A stretch of DNA of 64,000 bases from Hydrolagus colliei (lineage: Eukaryota). Positions 62,631 through 64,000 of the stretch are shown piece by piece (position 1 is the stretch's first letter; each line of letters starts with the position of its first letter). Location of the stretch: NCBI GenBank assembly GCA_035084275.1, contig CM068755.1, forward strand, positions 11,284,001 to 11,348,000, written 5' to 3'. Position numbers and translations under genes: made by a program. The notes beneath the pieces were generated by a model. It worked only from the letters and a program-made list of their open reading frames with translations, was not told the DNA's origin and ran no database searches.

Positions 62631-64000
62631 ATCGTTCCAAAGACACTTTCCTCTGTGGTTGATCTATGCAATGTCTTGCAGCAGCATTTCTGTAAGATTG
62701 GGTTGGACCTTCCCCGATTTAGTTTTGAAGTCCCTGAGCTAAGCTATGCTGCCCCATAGTACTCCATCTAGTGACCCAATAGAACACTAGCAAAATAAGT
62801 CCAAAGGTAGGAAGCCAAGATCAAAGATTATTTAAACACATGTCCTGCTCGTTAGCCTTTTATATTCCATACATTTGTTTTTAAAATCAGTTCATGGGGT
62901 TGCCAGATTAATATTGAAACTCTGGACCATGAGTAAATATAGCGCCTGAAAACCTTCAAAAATAAACACACTACACTCCGCATTTTTGAGAATATAATTA
63001 TAAACAAGGGCCTATGGAGCAAAGAGCTTTTGGATTTGTTAGTTTAAGCTACAGTTAGAATCTCTATCTTTGATAGTAAATTTCTTAAGCTCTAAAGAGA
63101 TAAAGCAATTACCGACTGCAAGGAGGACTCGGACGCGACTAATGTATATAATGATTGGCTTGGGAGGGCTCTTGTAGATATATTTCTTTCCATTCACCAT
63201 GGAATCAGGTCAACTGCTAAAATTAAACACCCCCCCCCCCACCCCACCCCCTCCCATTTCTCTGTGATGTGTTTAGGTTCAGTTGGTGTTCGCTAGGCTG
63301 GGATTTGCCACCAGTGATTTTCTGGCATCCCCAAATGGATTAATCCATGCACAGCCACCTTCAAAAAAGCTTTAGTTTTATTTGGAGGGGGTGGGGATGA
63401 CAGGGGGGGTTGCTGGGGGGTTGGTGGTGGGGGGCAGATTTTTGTTTTAAAACCCCGCAGCACTGCACAGATTGTATCATTTCAAAGGAGTGCCTATCAT
63501 TCGCCTTCTGCAGCAAGCACTGACATCGCTGACCCAGACAGAAATAAAGGGATCAGATTTTCAGTTCCTTTGACTCTGAGCTGCATTGATTGGCTGCTTG
63601 GCAGATTGCCAAAAGCATACTCTGACTCCTGCCTTTGCCAGTAATAAGCTGCCTCAGCAGGGCCCGCAAACCATGAATAAACTTCTTGTTCTTTGCATTT
63701 AGGTCAACCCGTCTGCAAATTAATATGTGATAATGTGGACGTCATTTTCGGAAAGCTATTCTTGTCCCGTGCAACAAATTGATAGAAAAATGATTTCTAA
63801 TCCCCCTCAGCATTCTTGAACTGCTCTAATTCCTGTTGATAAACTGCATCGAAGCAGGTCAGCAAGCGCAAGACACAGGGAAACAGTACGACTGTGTTGT
63901 TTCTATCAGGAATTTTGGGGATTACTGGCGGTGATGAAAAGTGAAGAGATACCAGGTGAAAGAGTGGTGCAGGAGCCTCCTGTGAATGTACTGCATGGTG

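Noticed and set aside
1-64000. CRISPR arrays, operons, prokaryotic defence systems, or additional host exons
   Set aside because: The DNA is eukaryotic, the recurring repeats are dispersed retroposon tails rather than regularly spaced arrays, and the remaining short ORFs show no recognisable protein similarity.

Overview
This is vertebrate genomic DNA. The repeat content (shark-type CR1 tail, Deu-type SINEs, abundant tRNA-SINEs with L2 tails, palindromic Penelope-derived repeat) suggests a cartilaginous fish such as a chimaera; that assignment is inference. The only host protein-coding gene is MEX3B on the minus strand: 2 coding exons (30628-30905 and 27438-29083), two KH domains plus a C-terminal RING, about 640 aa. 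As assembled, exon 1 carries a 1-nt frameshift in a 12-C homopolymer, probably an assembly error. The gene lies in a gene-poor, AT-rich region with likely conserved non-coding elements and many retroposon remnants. These include a young 5'-truncated L2 with an open RT frame, about 10 copies of a tRNA-derived SINE with an L2-type 3' stem-loop, older Deu-domain SINEs, an internally deleted CR1 whose ORF1 esterase is fused in frame to the ORF2 C-terminus, and a long palindrome with two degenerate minimal hammerhead motifs. There are four N-gaps in and around the gene. I see no convincing wholly new biological system. The best leads are the hammerhead palindrome, the CR1 deletion derivative, the L2/SINE tail chimeras and the MEX3B 3'UTR.
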